The notes under the pieces are model-generated. The model had not been told where the DNA came from. It saw only the letters and a list, made by a program, of their open reading frames with translations, and ran no database searches. From assembly GCA_002269645.1 (NCBI GenBank), contig NIVC01001545.1, positions 124,001-188,000 of the forward strand: a DNA stretch of 64,000 bases. The letters are read 5' to 3'. This document shows, one piece after another, positions 22,932 through 34,586 of this stretch; positions within the stretch are counted from its first letter, which is position 1, and each line of letters starts with the position of its first letter. The stretch is from Macrostomum lignano (Eukaryota). The translations under genes were made by a program, and so were the position numbers.

Positions 22932-23996
22932 TGATGGGTTTCGACCTTCGGGCCTCAGGCCTCAGAAATAAATCAATTAGAGTCCTGGCCCCCCACTCCT
23001 GTCAGATGGTCAGCCCCATGGTAGCTTGATCGTGTGGCGAGCAGTCTAGGTCCTATAGCTAAGAGAGGGACAGCGAGAGACAAGCAGGGAGAATTTTGAA
23101 GGTAGAGATCAGCTAATCCGCAGATTAACTAACCCGCTGCCACCAGCCCGTGCGTCCTGGCTCACCAAACCGGAACTTTCGAAATCGGGCTTCCGACTAG
23201 AGGGGGCTTAGCACTTTATACCTGCCAACTAGTGTCTTTTTGCTGTCAATCTCGAAGTCATAGCCGATGATAAGGGACACTGCTGGGACTAGATCGCATT
23301 GGCCATGCAGGTACAGAGGGGACTTGTGCAGGGGTTTCTTGCAGTGGTTACATGTACTATTTCATTGCTAAATACGAGGAATTGAACTTTTGGCCTTCAA
23401 CGCGCCAACTAGCCTCTCATAGCGCTGATGATAGACTAACTCGAACTTCAGAGACCGCATGATTCATTAACCGAGCCGCTTGGCTAACCTAGAGTGCACA
23501 GAGTACATCTCTGACGCCGTTTTTGCACTATTGGCAGTTTTGCTCACTGATTTGATAGATTGATCGATTGAGAATCGCCTTGCCATTGGTTCACTGTAAC
23601 CGGCGCCTACTAGCTTAGCTACTCATCTGAGCCATCGGCGAACAAAGAAATAAAACCGATAAAAATAACTGTCAGATTTAACCCTCTCCTTAAATCACTT
23701 CACACTACTAGAGTTTCAGACTACTAGCAGTATTATTGAATGATTTCTGCCTCAGTAACAGCACTACTGAACAAAATGAGCAAAAGTGTGCGCCTAATTC
23801 AGCTACTGAAACAGGGGACAGATAAGGGATCACCCAATCAAGCAAGTCTAGGTAGCCTCTCACCCAACCAATCAGAAACTCAACAGCCGGAGACCAGGTA
23901 ATCCACAGTGACCGAATCGGCTTGATGCTCTGTAGCCGTAGACTCGGGATGATGCTGTCACAGTCTTCGCAGATAGCTAGCAGGTGATGATCTTAA
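22932..23996 (-). mobile_element. Diverged partial solo LTR of the family at 29915-45319
   Basis: Starts TGATGGGTTTCGACC and follows the first ~1.05 kb (+ strand) of the 43370 LTR, with many substitutions and small deletions. Confidence 0.9.
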
Positions 23997-24018
23997 GCTC
24001 GTCGATTAATGCCTCAGG

Positions 24019-24358
24019 CCAGAGTGTACATGCCAGGGTGTACATGCCAGGGTGTACATGCCAGAGTGTACATGCCAGGGTGTACATGCCAGGGTGTACA
24101 TGCCAGAGTGTACATGCCAGGGTGTACATGCCAGGGTGTACATGCCAGAGTGTACATGCCAGGGTGTACATGCCAGGGTGTACATGCCAGGGTGTAAATG
24201 CCAGGGTGTACATGCCAGAGTGTACATGCCAGGGTGTACATGCCAGGTTGTACATGCCAGGATGTACATGCCAGAGTGTACATGCCAGGGTGTACATGCC
24301 AGGGTGTACATGCCAGGGTGTACATGCCAGAGTGTACATGCCAGGGTGCACATGCCAG
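24019..24358. repeat. 14-bp minisatellite (ccagggtgtacatg), ~24 copies
   Basis: Direct inspection. Confidence 0.92.
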
Positions 24359-25676
24359 ACAATTAGAAAGTCAGGGCCGCTGTACACCCTGTGTGAGCGA
24401 GTGTAAGTACAGCATTGGCGCCCCATTTTATTCAAGATAGCCCTCCCCCACAGCAGGTTTTGCTCCCAATTTCAGTAGCTACATGAGTTTTGCATTTACG
24501 AGTATACCATAAAATCCAAGAAACTTTAATCCCCTACTCATGCTAAAACCCGATTCAGGTATTATCTATCAACGTGAGCAGCGAATGCATTAACTTAATT
24601 CCCATATACCTTCCCAATGACTGTAGGTGATCAGACAAATGAACTCGATTTTAAACTGCCGCCATGCATCCCACTTCTCCTACAGGCGCTCTCGCAGCGT
24701 GTGATCGACAGATGGCACCGAAGAGCCAATTAAAAGGATCAGTAATGGATTAGATAAATCCTCTGTAGCTGAGCAGCATCACGGTGTTCAATAAAACACT
24801 CTTCTCCACTTTCCATTTAGATTTTAGACAAGCAAAAGCAATTATGATTTGAAAGCTTGCAAAGCAAATTTAAAAAAAAATTATCTTAATCCCATCATAG
24901 AGCTAAAATCTATCTATCTGGCTTTTATTGCAATTTAAAGCAGAAAATTTCGTGAAATTCTCGACTAAATTTTAGCTATTGTCGCTTTTTTATTGGGCTG
25001 AAAAATCTCAAGTCAACCGGCTTAATTTAAGGATATTTATTAAATCTTTTCGTTTAGAAAATTAGAATTCAATGACTATATGTGTTAATTTTTGTTCTGC
25101 GTAAACTTCCTGTACCTAAAAATCATTAAAATACATGGCACAGCTTGAATCTTTGGTTTTATGAATCAATTTTATCATCTCCGCTACACATGATGTTTTA
25201 CAGCCAGCTAAGACTGACAAAATAGACACATATATAAAACCAATTTGAGCTGAGCCGTTGCCATTTTAATGGTTTTTAGGCACAGGACATGTACATACGT
25301 AGAATAAAAGTCCTTTTTGGTAGGCTTTTGCCTGATGCTGTACTGAATGTGTTAAGCTAGCTCCAAAATATCAAATATCATCTAACGAGCACATTTGATT
25401 TGTAAAAATGGCTCACAATTTCTCTTTGAAGAGCAGAGGGGCTTTGATAAATCAGGTAGCTACCTGAACAATAAAAGCACTTAAGTCCCTTCTCAGTGCG
25501 TTGATTGAATTGAAAATTAATTGCAAAAAAACACTTTTGACTGTTTGATCTTAACGGTTGCCTAGTAACGCGTAGATATTTCTCGATACATCGAGTTGCC
25601 GATAAATAGCAAGGAGTAAAAGAGCCGGCGACAGAAGCACGCGGTCTGACATGCTCGTGTTCGCCTTGAGACAGAC

Positions 25677-26429
25677 ATGTCTCTGGGAGTCCCGCTAAGT
25701 CTGCTGGTCCTGCTACTCGCTGCTCTGCCACCGCTGAGCAACACCTCCGACTACTTCAGCCTTATCAAAGGCTACCTGTGCATCAGGAGTGAGTTCACTG
25801 AAACTGCTCCGGAGGCCGGCTCCGTGACAGCTTGCGCCATTCGATGCCATTTTAGCCCGCGCTGTCAGGCGTTCAGCCTGGCTGACGGTCCATGCCAGCT
25901 GTTCGTGTTCGACAAGTGCAGTAAGTCGGTGAGGAGCTGTGGCTGCTCCAGGAGAGGCCGGGTGTTTGTGAAGCAGCGGCCGGGACTCGAGCTGGGAGCG
26001 CTGTGTCCGTCTGGCTACGGAGACGACCTGTGCGGGGTGAAGTACAAGCTGCTCAGTGAACCGGACTTCTGGTGGCCGAGCAGACAAAAGTGCGAGTCGG
26101 AGAGCGGTCTGGTGATCATGACCGACGTGATGGACGCCACCGAGATGAGCCACGTGGAGATGATCTACAGCAAGTACAGCGCTGGATCCACGATGTGGCT
26201 TGGAGGCCACCAGTCGGCTGGCAGCACTGAGAAGCGAGGCGGCTGGTACTGGGCCAGCTGCAACATCACCCTTGACGACAGCCTGTGGAACGAGGTGGAG
26301 CCGAACGACAGTGGACTACAAGGCGAAAATGTGATCGGCCGATTTGTCCATTGGAACAAGCTGTCCGACTTCTGGGAATCGGTGGACAGATATCGAGTCC
26401 TGTGCGAGTGCGCGTCACCGTTTGTTTGA
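25677..26429 (+). CDS. Secreted PAN/Apple + C-type lectin domain protein, single exon, 250 aa
   Basis: Signal peptide; CAIRCHFSPRCQAFSLADGPCQLF (PAN-like); CTLD with W..SRQKC, MWLGG, WYW, WNEVEPND (EPN motif) and a terminal VLCEC. Confidence 0.85.
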   Translation: MSLGVPLSLLVLLLAALPPLSNTSDYFSLIKGYLCIRSEFTETAPEAGSVTACAIRCHFSPRCQAFSLADGPCQLFVFDKCSKSVRSCGCSRRGRVFVKQRPGLELGALCPSGYGDDLCGVKYKLLSEPDFWWPSRQKCESESGLVIMTDVMDATEMSHVEMIYSKYSAGSTMWLGGHQSAGSTEKRGGWYWASCNITLDDSLWNEVEPNDSGLQGENVIGRFVHWNKLSDFWESVDRYRVLCECASPFV

Positions 26430-27365
26430 GCTGTCGAGAAGCCAGTGAAGTCGCGCAATGATACGGATTTGAAGAAATCTGCAGTTTACTAATTATTAAA
26501 ATCTTTGAAAGAGAAAACACTAACGTACTGTAAGCTTGTTAATAAGTTTTATTTTTACCACTAACGGATCAAAACAGCTCTATCGTAGCAGTACTGGAAC
26601 CGGTTTTTTTCTCAGCAAACAGAAAGTATATTACCTGATTCTAAAGTTGCTCTCTGAGATACATGTAATTAAAAAAGACTCTTGATTTTTTGTGACTAAG
26701 TTCTGAAAAAATCGATCTTTAAGCTTCACTCGTAAACTTATATTATCAGAAAAGAATTGCTGAAAATGAAATATCAGAAATTCATAATTTTTATCAGCCT
26801 ATATTATATCCCTAGGCTTTATTATTACCGGCTGGCCCACCATGCAAATTTTATCCATTTTTCGTGGTTCGGGGTTGACCCCGATCCTGAACACCTTTCG
26901 GGGAACCCGAACACCCCTTCGTGTCTACATGTGTAGTACATGTAATATTTCTGGAATAGATTTCTGACGAGTTCAAGTCTCTCGTGTCTAATTTCATGCA
27001 TCAGCAAGAAGGTTGTGCCGGATATTCCAGAAGATCCCACGAGAAAGCGGTGACTAAGAGAAGCTCCGGGTAATCCCGGTCGGACGCATGCAGTGGCCGG
27101 ATCTTGTTGCTGCTGCTTTTCTTCGAGAAGTAGGCCCTATGGCCCTGAGAGCGCATGAAGGACCCCCAAGTTGACATCGTCCGATCTGTTTTCAGATGAT
27201 GTTCCTCGACTCATTACCAAATTTATGTTTAACCTTTGTATCAAAGTATAAATTTAATTTCGCATTGGACAACCGGCCTTACATGTATATTAATTAGTAT
27301 ACATGTAATAATTTAGTATATAGGATTTTGTTGAAGCCCAGCCATCATTTTATTATCGCTGTCGA

Positions 27366-28370
27366 TCACTGAACAAGGTCGAAGAATTCGCGAATCTCCT
27401 GCTCCGTGAGGCTCCCACTGGCGAAGGCCACCACCCTCACGGTGCCCTTGAAGAACTGGTCAGTCGGTTGGTTAACACGCAGGTACAGGCAGAGGTTGCC
27501 GTTCTGCACGGAGCAAAAGTCGTTGTCATCGAACGGCCAAATCATGTTGGGCGGCAGGAAGGCGTTCATCACAAAGAACTTGTAGGAGCCACCGACTGTG
27601 GTGAAGCCAAGATTCAGCCACTCGTTCGGGTCGCCGGACAGCTGGTCGATGGCCGAGTACAAGTAGGGCTGCGGGCTGCCCGTGATCCGGTTGGCGTGGA
27701 CGTACAACTTCCTGGGCGCATCCCACTCGACCATGTGGATGCCTTTCCAGGAAACCATACTCGAGTCGTTGCAGGGAAAGAACTCCAGAATTGGCTGAGT
27801 CTGGGGCAGGCGCTTGAATCTTATCAGCCAGGTGGCACCGGCGGAGAAGTTCAGGCTGGATCTGTTCAGCACGGCGTGGGACGAAAGACCGTCGAAAACG
27901 GCGCCCTCGCTGGACCACTCAATGTTGAATGGCATCAGCCTGTTGGCGTCCTCGAACGCCTGGCACACCAGGTTCTCCAATCGAGTCGCGGGGTCGCCCA
28001 GCCAAACATTTTTGAGCTTCGGGTTCAGCTGCACCAGGTCGATGGGAAACCTAAAGAACACCACACAGTCGGTTGGTTCTCCGGACACAAAATTTTGACA
28101 GATGGACTGGTACTTGAAGACGCAGCAGGTGAGAGTGGCCTTGTTGAACTGCGCCACCAGAACACCAGGGTTGGCCTCCTCCGAGGCGATGATGGCGCAG
28201 TGAGTCTCCGAGTAGACGGTGAGGCGAGCGATGGCGGACGGCGAATCGCCCGGGGCGCAGAGCACATCGGCTTGCCGAAAAACCTGACCGCTGGTTTGAG
28301 CCTCGCACCTGGCCAGAGTCACCAGGTTCACAGCAGTGACTGCCAGTAGCCACAGCCTGGCCGGAGGCAT
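27366..28370 (-). CDS. Secreted PAN-like + ConA/LamG-like domain protein, single exon, 334 aa
   Basis: Real start is ATG 28370 (MPPARLWLLAVTAVNLVTLARCEA). HCAIIAS...FNKATLTCCVF is PAN-like. AVFDGLSS...WLNLGFT...FFKGTVRVVAFASGSLTEQEI is LamG_3-like. Confidence 0.75.
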   Translation of the reverse strand: MPPARLWLLAVTAVNLVTLARCEAQTSGQVFRQADVLCAPGDSPSAIARLTVYSETHCAIIASEEANPGVLVAQFNKATLTCCVFKYQSICQNFVSGEPTDCVVFFRFPIDLVQLNPKLKNVWLGDPATRLENLVCQAFEDANRLMPFNIEWSSEGAVFDGLSSHAVLNRSSLNFSAGATWLIRFKRLPQTQPILEFFPCNDSSMVSWKGIHMVEWDAPRKLYVHANRITGSPQPYLYSAIDQLSGDPNEWLNLGFTTVGGSYKFFVMNAFLPPNMIWPFDDNDFCSVQNGNLCLYLRVNQPTDQFFKGTVRVVAFASGSLTEQEIREFFDLVQ

Positions 28371-28384
28371 GACTGTAAGGAGCG

Positions 28385-28408
28385 AGATAGATAGATAGAT
28401 AGATAGAG

Positions 28409-28494
<86 letters not shown>

Positions 28495-28520
28495 ATAGAT
28501 AAATAAATAGATAGATAGAC

Positions 28521-28559
<39 letters not shown>

Positions 28560-28572
28560 CAGATAGATAGAT
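28385..28572. repeat. (TAGA)n microsatellite
   Basis: Direct inspection. It produces the false SIYL N-terminal extension of the 415-aa ORF. Confidence 0.95.
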
Positions 28573-28644
28573 ATTGCGAAATGAAACCACGCATACAGTT
28601 GAAGCAAATTCACAATTTCTTTAATTCAAAGAAAGGAACCAAAT

Positions 28645-28671
28645 TTTCGACCCGAACAGGGTCTTCGTCAG
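28645..28671 (-). ncRNA. Hammerhead-ribozyme-like core typical of Penelope-like element ends
   Basis: Minus strand reads CTGACGA-A-GACCC-TGTTC-GGGTC-GAAA (CUGANGA, stem II, GAAA). Stems I and III are not convincingly intact. Confidence 0.4.
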
Positions 28672-30300
28672 GGTATATTGTAAATAAAAAGATAGATAGA
28701 TAGATAGATACATAGATACTAGTATAGTAACATTAGTAATACAAGATAATAGTAACATACCCCCAGATGTGTCTCGTATGAGTTGTACGATCAGGAGATC
28801 AATCACCGATTCCGTGCGCGATTGTCAGGCATAAATACGAGCCTGACAATAAGCTAGAAGCAGCCAGCTTATTTCAATTTGTCGCTAAAGCAACCGAAAA
28901 GCAAACAAAAGGAAAAGGCAATTCTTTCAGAGGGATCCTCTGGTAAAAGCCTGATTTCAAATCCCTGGTAAAAGCCTTCCTCCACCTTTCTAATTCAAGC
29001 TATTGCCCCCCTACCACCACGATAACGAGTTGAAACCAATTACCGAGAGAACAGTGTTTGATGACTTGAAGCATTGGGGTAGCTGGGAGGAATACGGAAA
29101 TACATCCCCCCCCAGTTCGGAAAAAGTTGGGATTTTTTAAGCTTTGATCTTAACAAATGATTCAAGGTTTCTAGGATTTTTCGACATAATAATGTTTCTA
29201 CGACGTATTTCGACGTATGTTTGCTCTTGACCAAGTCTTTCGGGCGCTCTTTTGAAGTCTTGAGGTTTGTTTAGGATATTTTTTGTTTTGCTTTGTATTA
29301 TTAGTATCATTTCCAGGAAGCCTGTGGGAGAACTCATACCACACGCTTTCGAATCGCCCAGGCGGATGTAGACTCACTGCGCCTTGGCCATCATAGGTGC
29401 ATGCATCGCCCGACAGCCCCCTCATAGCCATGCAAGTTTCTCACACAAAGCCCGAAATGAATGTCGTCGGCCGGAAGTGGTCGGAAGTACATCTAGTGCT
29501 TTTCGAATTTCGAACGACAAACAAAAAACTCACACTGCATGATGCATGATGCAGTTTAGATAGAAAAGCTACATTCTGCAGCATGTTCAAGCACGTCTCA
29601 ACTGTACATGTACGTGAATGGGTTGATGCAATTTTAGCCTGGCTCCAGGCCCCAGTTTAGTCTGGTGAGGAGAGTGAAGAGTTATGGCTTAAGATCATTA
29701 CTACATACCGCGTAGTTAGAGCTAAGTTTTCAGATGTTTTGACGCAAAAACGCAAATTATACTACTATCTGAAAATAAAGTAATTAGTAGTAGTATATGA
29801 AAATGCTATCCTAAGCGTGATGTATAAGCATACTTCAATATGTATATGTACTACATTAATCCCATGTATGTACATTAATCCCTATCTATCCCCAATTGTA
29901 TATGTACATTGTCTTGATGGGTTTCGACCTTCGGGCTCCTTGTTAGGGAAGCCTTCGAGCCTCAGGCTCAGAAATAAATCAATTAGAGACCTGGCCCCCC
30001 ACTCCTGTCAGATGGTCAGCCCCATGGTAGCTTGATCGTGTGGCGAGCAGTCTAGGTCCTATAGCTAAGAGAGGGACAGCGAGAGACGAGCAGGGAGAAT
30101 TTTGAAAGTAGAAATTAGCTAATCCGCAGATCAACTAACTTGCTGCCACCAGCCCGTGCGCCCTGGCTCACCACACCGGGACTCTCGAAATCGGGCTTCC
30201 GACTAGAAGGGGCTTTGCACTTACCTGCCAACTAGTGTCTTTTTGCTGTCAATCTCAACAACAACAACAAAATACGCTGTCATGATGGTAAAAGTCAGCG

Positions 30301-33300
30301 TCACAGGGCGCGCTTCATGGCTTGGGCGCGAACAAAGGCCGCGCCACCGGCAGTCAGCCAGCAGACAGTCGACATAACGCCGAGTTCGCGCTTGACCTCG
30401 ACGGTAGGGTGCCTGCAGCGTGAGCAGCAGCACCTCCTGCACCGGCTGTGGGCAGTACGACTCGGCGCGGATGAGATGGCCTGCGAGCTGGAGTCGCCGA
30501 CGGCGCAGTAGATCACTTGGACGTGGCAGGCCAGCGCGGCGATAGAGTGCCGCGTTGGTGACTCGCTCGACGCCGATGTTGAAGGCGGCGCGCAGCAGAC
30601 CAGCGTGCGCCGCATCGACTTGCTGTTCGAGTGAGTCCGTCAGCGTCCAGGTCTCGGCGTTGTACAGCAGGACGGTCTCGATTACCGCCTGGAACAGCGC
30701 CGCCCTCTGGCGGTCCGGTAGGGCCTCGGACTGCAGGACTGCCCTCACAGAACGAAAGGCAGCCCAGGCAAGCCCGCGGCGGCGTCGCAGGTCCTCGCGA
30801 GCGTCTGGAACCAGACCGCCGAGGTAGACGAACTGCTGACATCGCGGGAGTTCGGTCGCCTGCCCGTCAGCGCCTCGGCAAAATATTGCAGCCTCGATGT
30901 CGTCCGGCACGCAGAGCACAACGGTCTTCTGCGTGTTGACCACCAGGCCGACACTCGCCGCAACGGCAACCAGCCTGTCCAGCTGCCGTTGGGCGCCCTC
31001 GACGGTCGAGGACAGCAGGGCGAGGTCGTCGGCGTAGCCAAGCACGCTGAGCCGCTTCTCCGGTTGACGTCGACCCACGCGTCGCTGCAGCAGAAAACCG
31101 TCGTCGTCGGTAGGAAGAGCAGTCCGCAGCACCCAGTCAAGCACCAGGACGAACAGAAACGGCGCCAGCGTATCTCCCTGAAGCACTCCGGAGGATGTCT
31201 CAAAGGAGTCCGATAGGCCGTCCGGTGTTGTCACAGCAGCTGTCGTATCACGGTACATCGCCATGACGGCGGAGATCAGCTGCTCAGGCACGTTGTACGC
31301 GCGGAGCACCATTGGAAGCACGGCTCTGACAACCGAGTCGAATGCCTTCTTGAAATCAATAAAGATTAAAATCAGTATCGACTGACGAATCCGCGCCTCC
31401 TCGATGACTCGGCGAAGAGCCAGGATCTGCGCCACTGTGCCGCGATGGGGCCGGAACCCGTTCTGCTCTGGGCGCAGGTACGGATCCAGCACGGGCTGCA
31501 ACCGCGAAAGCAGCATCCGGTTGAACAGCTTCGCTGCACAGGACTGAAGGCAGATGCCTCGATGGTCTTCAAGCCTAGTGGTGCCCGGCTTCTTTGGAAC
31601 AGCGACGATGTGCGCCGTGGTCCATTCGTTGGGCGCCGCCTCACCGAAGAGCACGCGGTTCATCACTCTGGCGACCTCAGCGGCCACACAGGGGATGCGC
31701 AGCGCCTCGATGGGCACCTCGTCCGGACCCAGCGCTTTCCCGCCCGGTGACTGCTGGGCGAGCTTGACAACGTCGGCTGCGTTGACTGGGGCTACGCTGA
31801 AACTCTCCTCTGCCGGCAGCGGCGTCTCCGGCGGCAGCGTCAGACTGTCTGGCAGCGGGGGTGGCGGCGCGTTGACGATGGCGGCGAAGAACTCGCGCAG
31901 CTCGTTCCTACGCTCGTCCGGCGTGTCACCAGCCAGGTTCAGCGGATTGCGCCGCTTTCGTCCCGTCAGAGCGTTGATGGCGGACCAGGCCACGCGCCCT
32001 CTGGCATCGGGCCCAGCGGCAGAGACAGCCTGAATGGCGTCATCGACAGCCGCTTGTTGGCGCTGCAGGTAGACAGCTGCCAGAGCTGCCTCTGCCTCGC
32101 GGGTTGGTCGCCTGCTCAAGCGGAGCTTCTCCAGATCTTCCCTCGCTGCCTGAATCGCGGGGTCGTCCTGCCAGACCGGCTGCCCACGTTGAGCCGGCTG
32201 CATCATCGGGACTGCTTGCTCCGCGGCGGTTCTGATTGCAGCGCACACTTCCGCATACTCGGCACTTCCACGCTTGTCGCCCAGCGCGGTGTTAAAGGCG
32301 CTAGCAAAGCGACGCTGCGTATCGGTGGCTCTGAGCGCGCGGTAGTAGCGCCGCGGTGGCCGCTTCGGCGGACGGTAGAGCGGATCGCGAAGGTTGAGGT
32401 CGCAGATGAGGAGCCGGTGATCGGACCGCAGAGCCAGCGGCGTGATGGTGCGGCAGTTGACGGCGCGACGACGCTCACGGAAACGCACGAGCACGTGGTC
32501 GAGCTGTGCTTGTCTCCGGGTTGCGTTCCTGCCACGCGCGTTCCGTCGCCTCCGCTTGCAGCCCACGAAGGTTGCGAGACCGCTCAGTGGCTTGCGGAAG
32601 CGGGTGTTGGCCGACACCATGTCCTGCCTCTCCAGGAAGTCCTCTAGTGCCTCGGTGTTGTTGTTCCCGCGTGGCGTCACGAACAGCGACCTCTCGGACC
32701 TACGCAGGACTGCGTTCAGGTCTCCGAGGGCGACCGCTGTGTCACGCTGCGCCGTCGCCTCTACCTGCACTGAGAGCTGCTCGAAAAACTCTTGAGCCTC
32801 GTCAGGGCGTGTGGCAGGGGGCGCGTACGCGCAGAACAGGCGAGCATTCCGACCGCGTAGCCGGACGTCGATCCGAAGCAACCGGGGGACAGGGAGATGC
32901 AGCGACAGCTCTGCTGCAGCCTCGGCCCGATCAGCGCTCCAACTCCTCCACGGCCTCGCTGGTCCGCAGAAGTATAGTAGAGGGTCCACCCGGCGCCCAA
33001 GTCCTCACAATGAAGTCCCGGGTCGGCCTTGATAGACACCTCCTGCAGCGAGATGATGTCGCAGCTCAGGTCGTACGCCAGCTTCGCCAGCACCCCTCTA
33101 CGCCAAGCAGCCTTGAGAGTGCGGCAGTTCAGCGTCCCGACCCGAAGCATGCCCTGTGGTACGGCTGGGGCTCGATGCAGTTGAGCCTCACGGTCCCCGG
33201 CGCCACCCGGAGGATCCGAGTGGACCCGCGCGGCAGCTCGACGGGCGGCGCCACGCAGCCGGCCTCGTCGGTTCCGCTCACGCCGGCGCTCAACACGCCG

Positions 33301-33396
33301 ACGGGCGCTCCGCTGCCCTCGCTTGGTCCTGCCGCATTTGGCCGCCGCAGCAGTTAAGCGCGGCTCTCCGCTCTGACCACGAGGAGGTAGCGGCAT
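30301..33396 (-). pseudogene. LINE APE endonuclease + reverse transcriptase ORF, frameshifted near 32885
   Basis: LRVGTLNCRTL...LQEV, AYAP, LGDLNA, LDHVLV, SDH (APE); FRPHRG, FIDFKKAFDSV, GVLQGDTLAPFLF, YADDLALL (RT). The 211-aa and 922-aa ORFs join by a 1-nt indel. The C-terminal end is uncertain. Confidence 0.92.
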
Positions 33397-33411
33397 TTAT
33401 CTGCACCATGG

Positions 33412-34586
33412 TGCAAATAAATTAAGACTGCAAATAAATTAAGACTGCAAATAAATTAAGACTGCAAATAAATTAAGACTGCAAATAAATTAAGACTGCA
33501 AATAAATTAAGACTGCAAATAAATTAAGACTGCAAATAAATTAAGACTGCAAATAAATTAAGACTGCAAATAAATTAAGACTGCAAATAAATTAAGACTG
33601 CAAATAAATTAAGACTGCAAATAAATTAAGACTGCAAATAAATTAAGACTGCAAATAAATTAAGACTGCAAATAAATTAAGACTGCAAATAAATTAAGAC
33701 TGCAAATAAATTAAGACTGCAAATAAATTAAGACTGCAAATAAATTAAGACTGCAAATAAATTAAGACTGCAAATAAATTAAGACTGCAAATAAATTAAG
33801 ACTGCAAATAAATTAAGACTGCAAATAAATTAAGACTGCAAATAAATTAAGACTGCAAATAAATTAAGACTGCAAATAAATTAAGACTGCAAATAAATTA
33901 AGACTGCAAATAAATTAAGACTGCAAATAAATTAAGACTGCAAATAAATTAAGACTGCAAATAAATTAAGACTGCAAATAAATTAAGACTGCAAATAAAT
34001 TAAGACTGCAAATAAATTAAGACTGCAAATAAATTAAGACTGCAAATAAATTAAGACTGCAAATAAATTAAGACTGCAAATAAATTAAGACTGCAAATAA
34101 ATTAAGACTGCAAATAAATTAAGACTGCAAATAAATTAAGACTGCAAATAAATTAAGACTGCAAATAAATTAAGACTGCAAATAAATTAAGACTGCAAAT
34201 AAATTAAGACTGCAAATAAATTAAGACTGCAAATAAATTAAGACTGCAAATAAATTAAGACTGCAAATAAATTAAGACTGCAAATAAATTAAGACTGCAA
34301 ATAAATTAAGACTGCAAATAAATTAAGACTGCAAATAAATTAAGACTGCAAATAAATTAAGACTGCAAATAAATTAAGACTGCAAATAAATTAAGACTGC
34401 AAATAAATTAAGACTGCAAATAAATTAAGACTGCAAATAAATTAAGACTGCAAATAAATTAAGACTGCAAATAAATTAAGACTGCAAATAAATTAAGACT
34501 GCAAATAAATTAAGACTGCAAATAAATTAAGACTGCAAATAAATTAAGACTGCAAATAAATTAAGAGACTGCAAATAAATTAAGAC
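33412..34586. repeat. Homogeneous array of 69 x 17 bp (tgcaaataaattaagac) at the LINE 5' end
   Basis: 1175 bp equals 68 units of 17 bp plus one 19-bp variant near 34563. Confidence 0.95.

Noticed and set aside
16343-24440. Repeat-only ORFs at 16343-16931, 22239-22678 and 23977-24440
   Set aside because: They are translations of 14-19 bp minisatellites in several frames at once, with no unique coding sequence.
28371-28613. N-terminal SIYL-repeat extension of the 415-aa ORF
   Set aside because: It is the (TAGA)n microsatellite; the signal peptide starts at ATG 28370.
30301-33425. Many overlapping 60-280 aa ORFs on both strands
   Set aside because: Shadow ORFs of the GC-rich LINE coding sequence.
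33412-34586. CRISPR array or telomeric repeat
   Set aside because: Units are contiguous with no spacers, there are no cas genes, the context is eukaryotic, and the unit is not TTAGGG-like.
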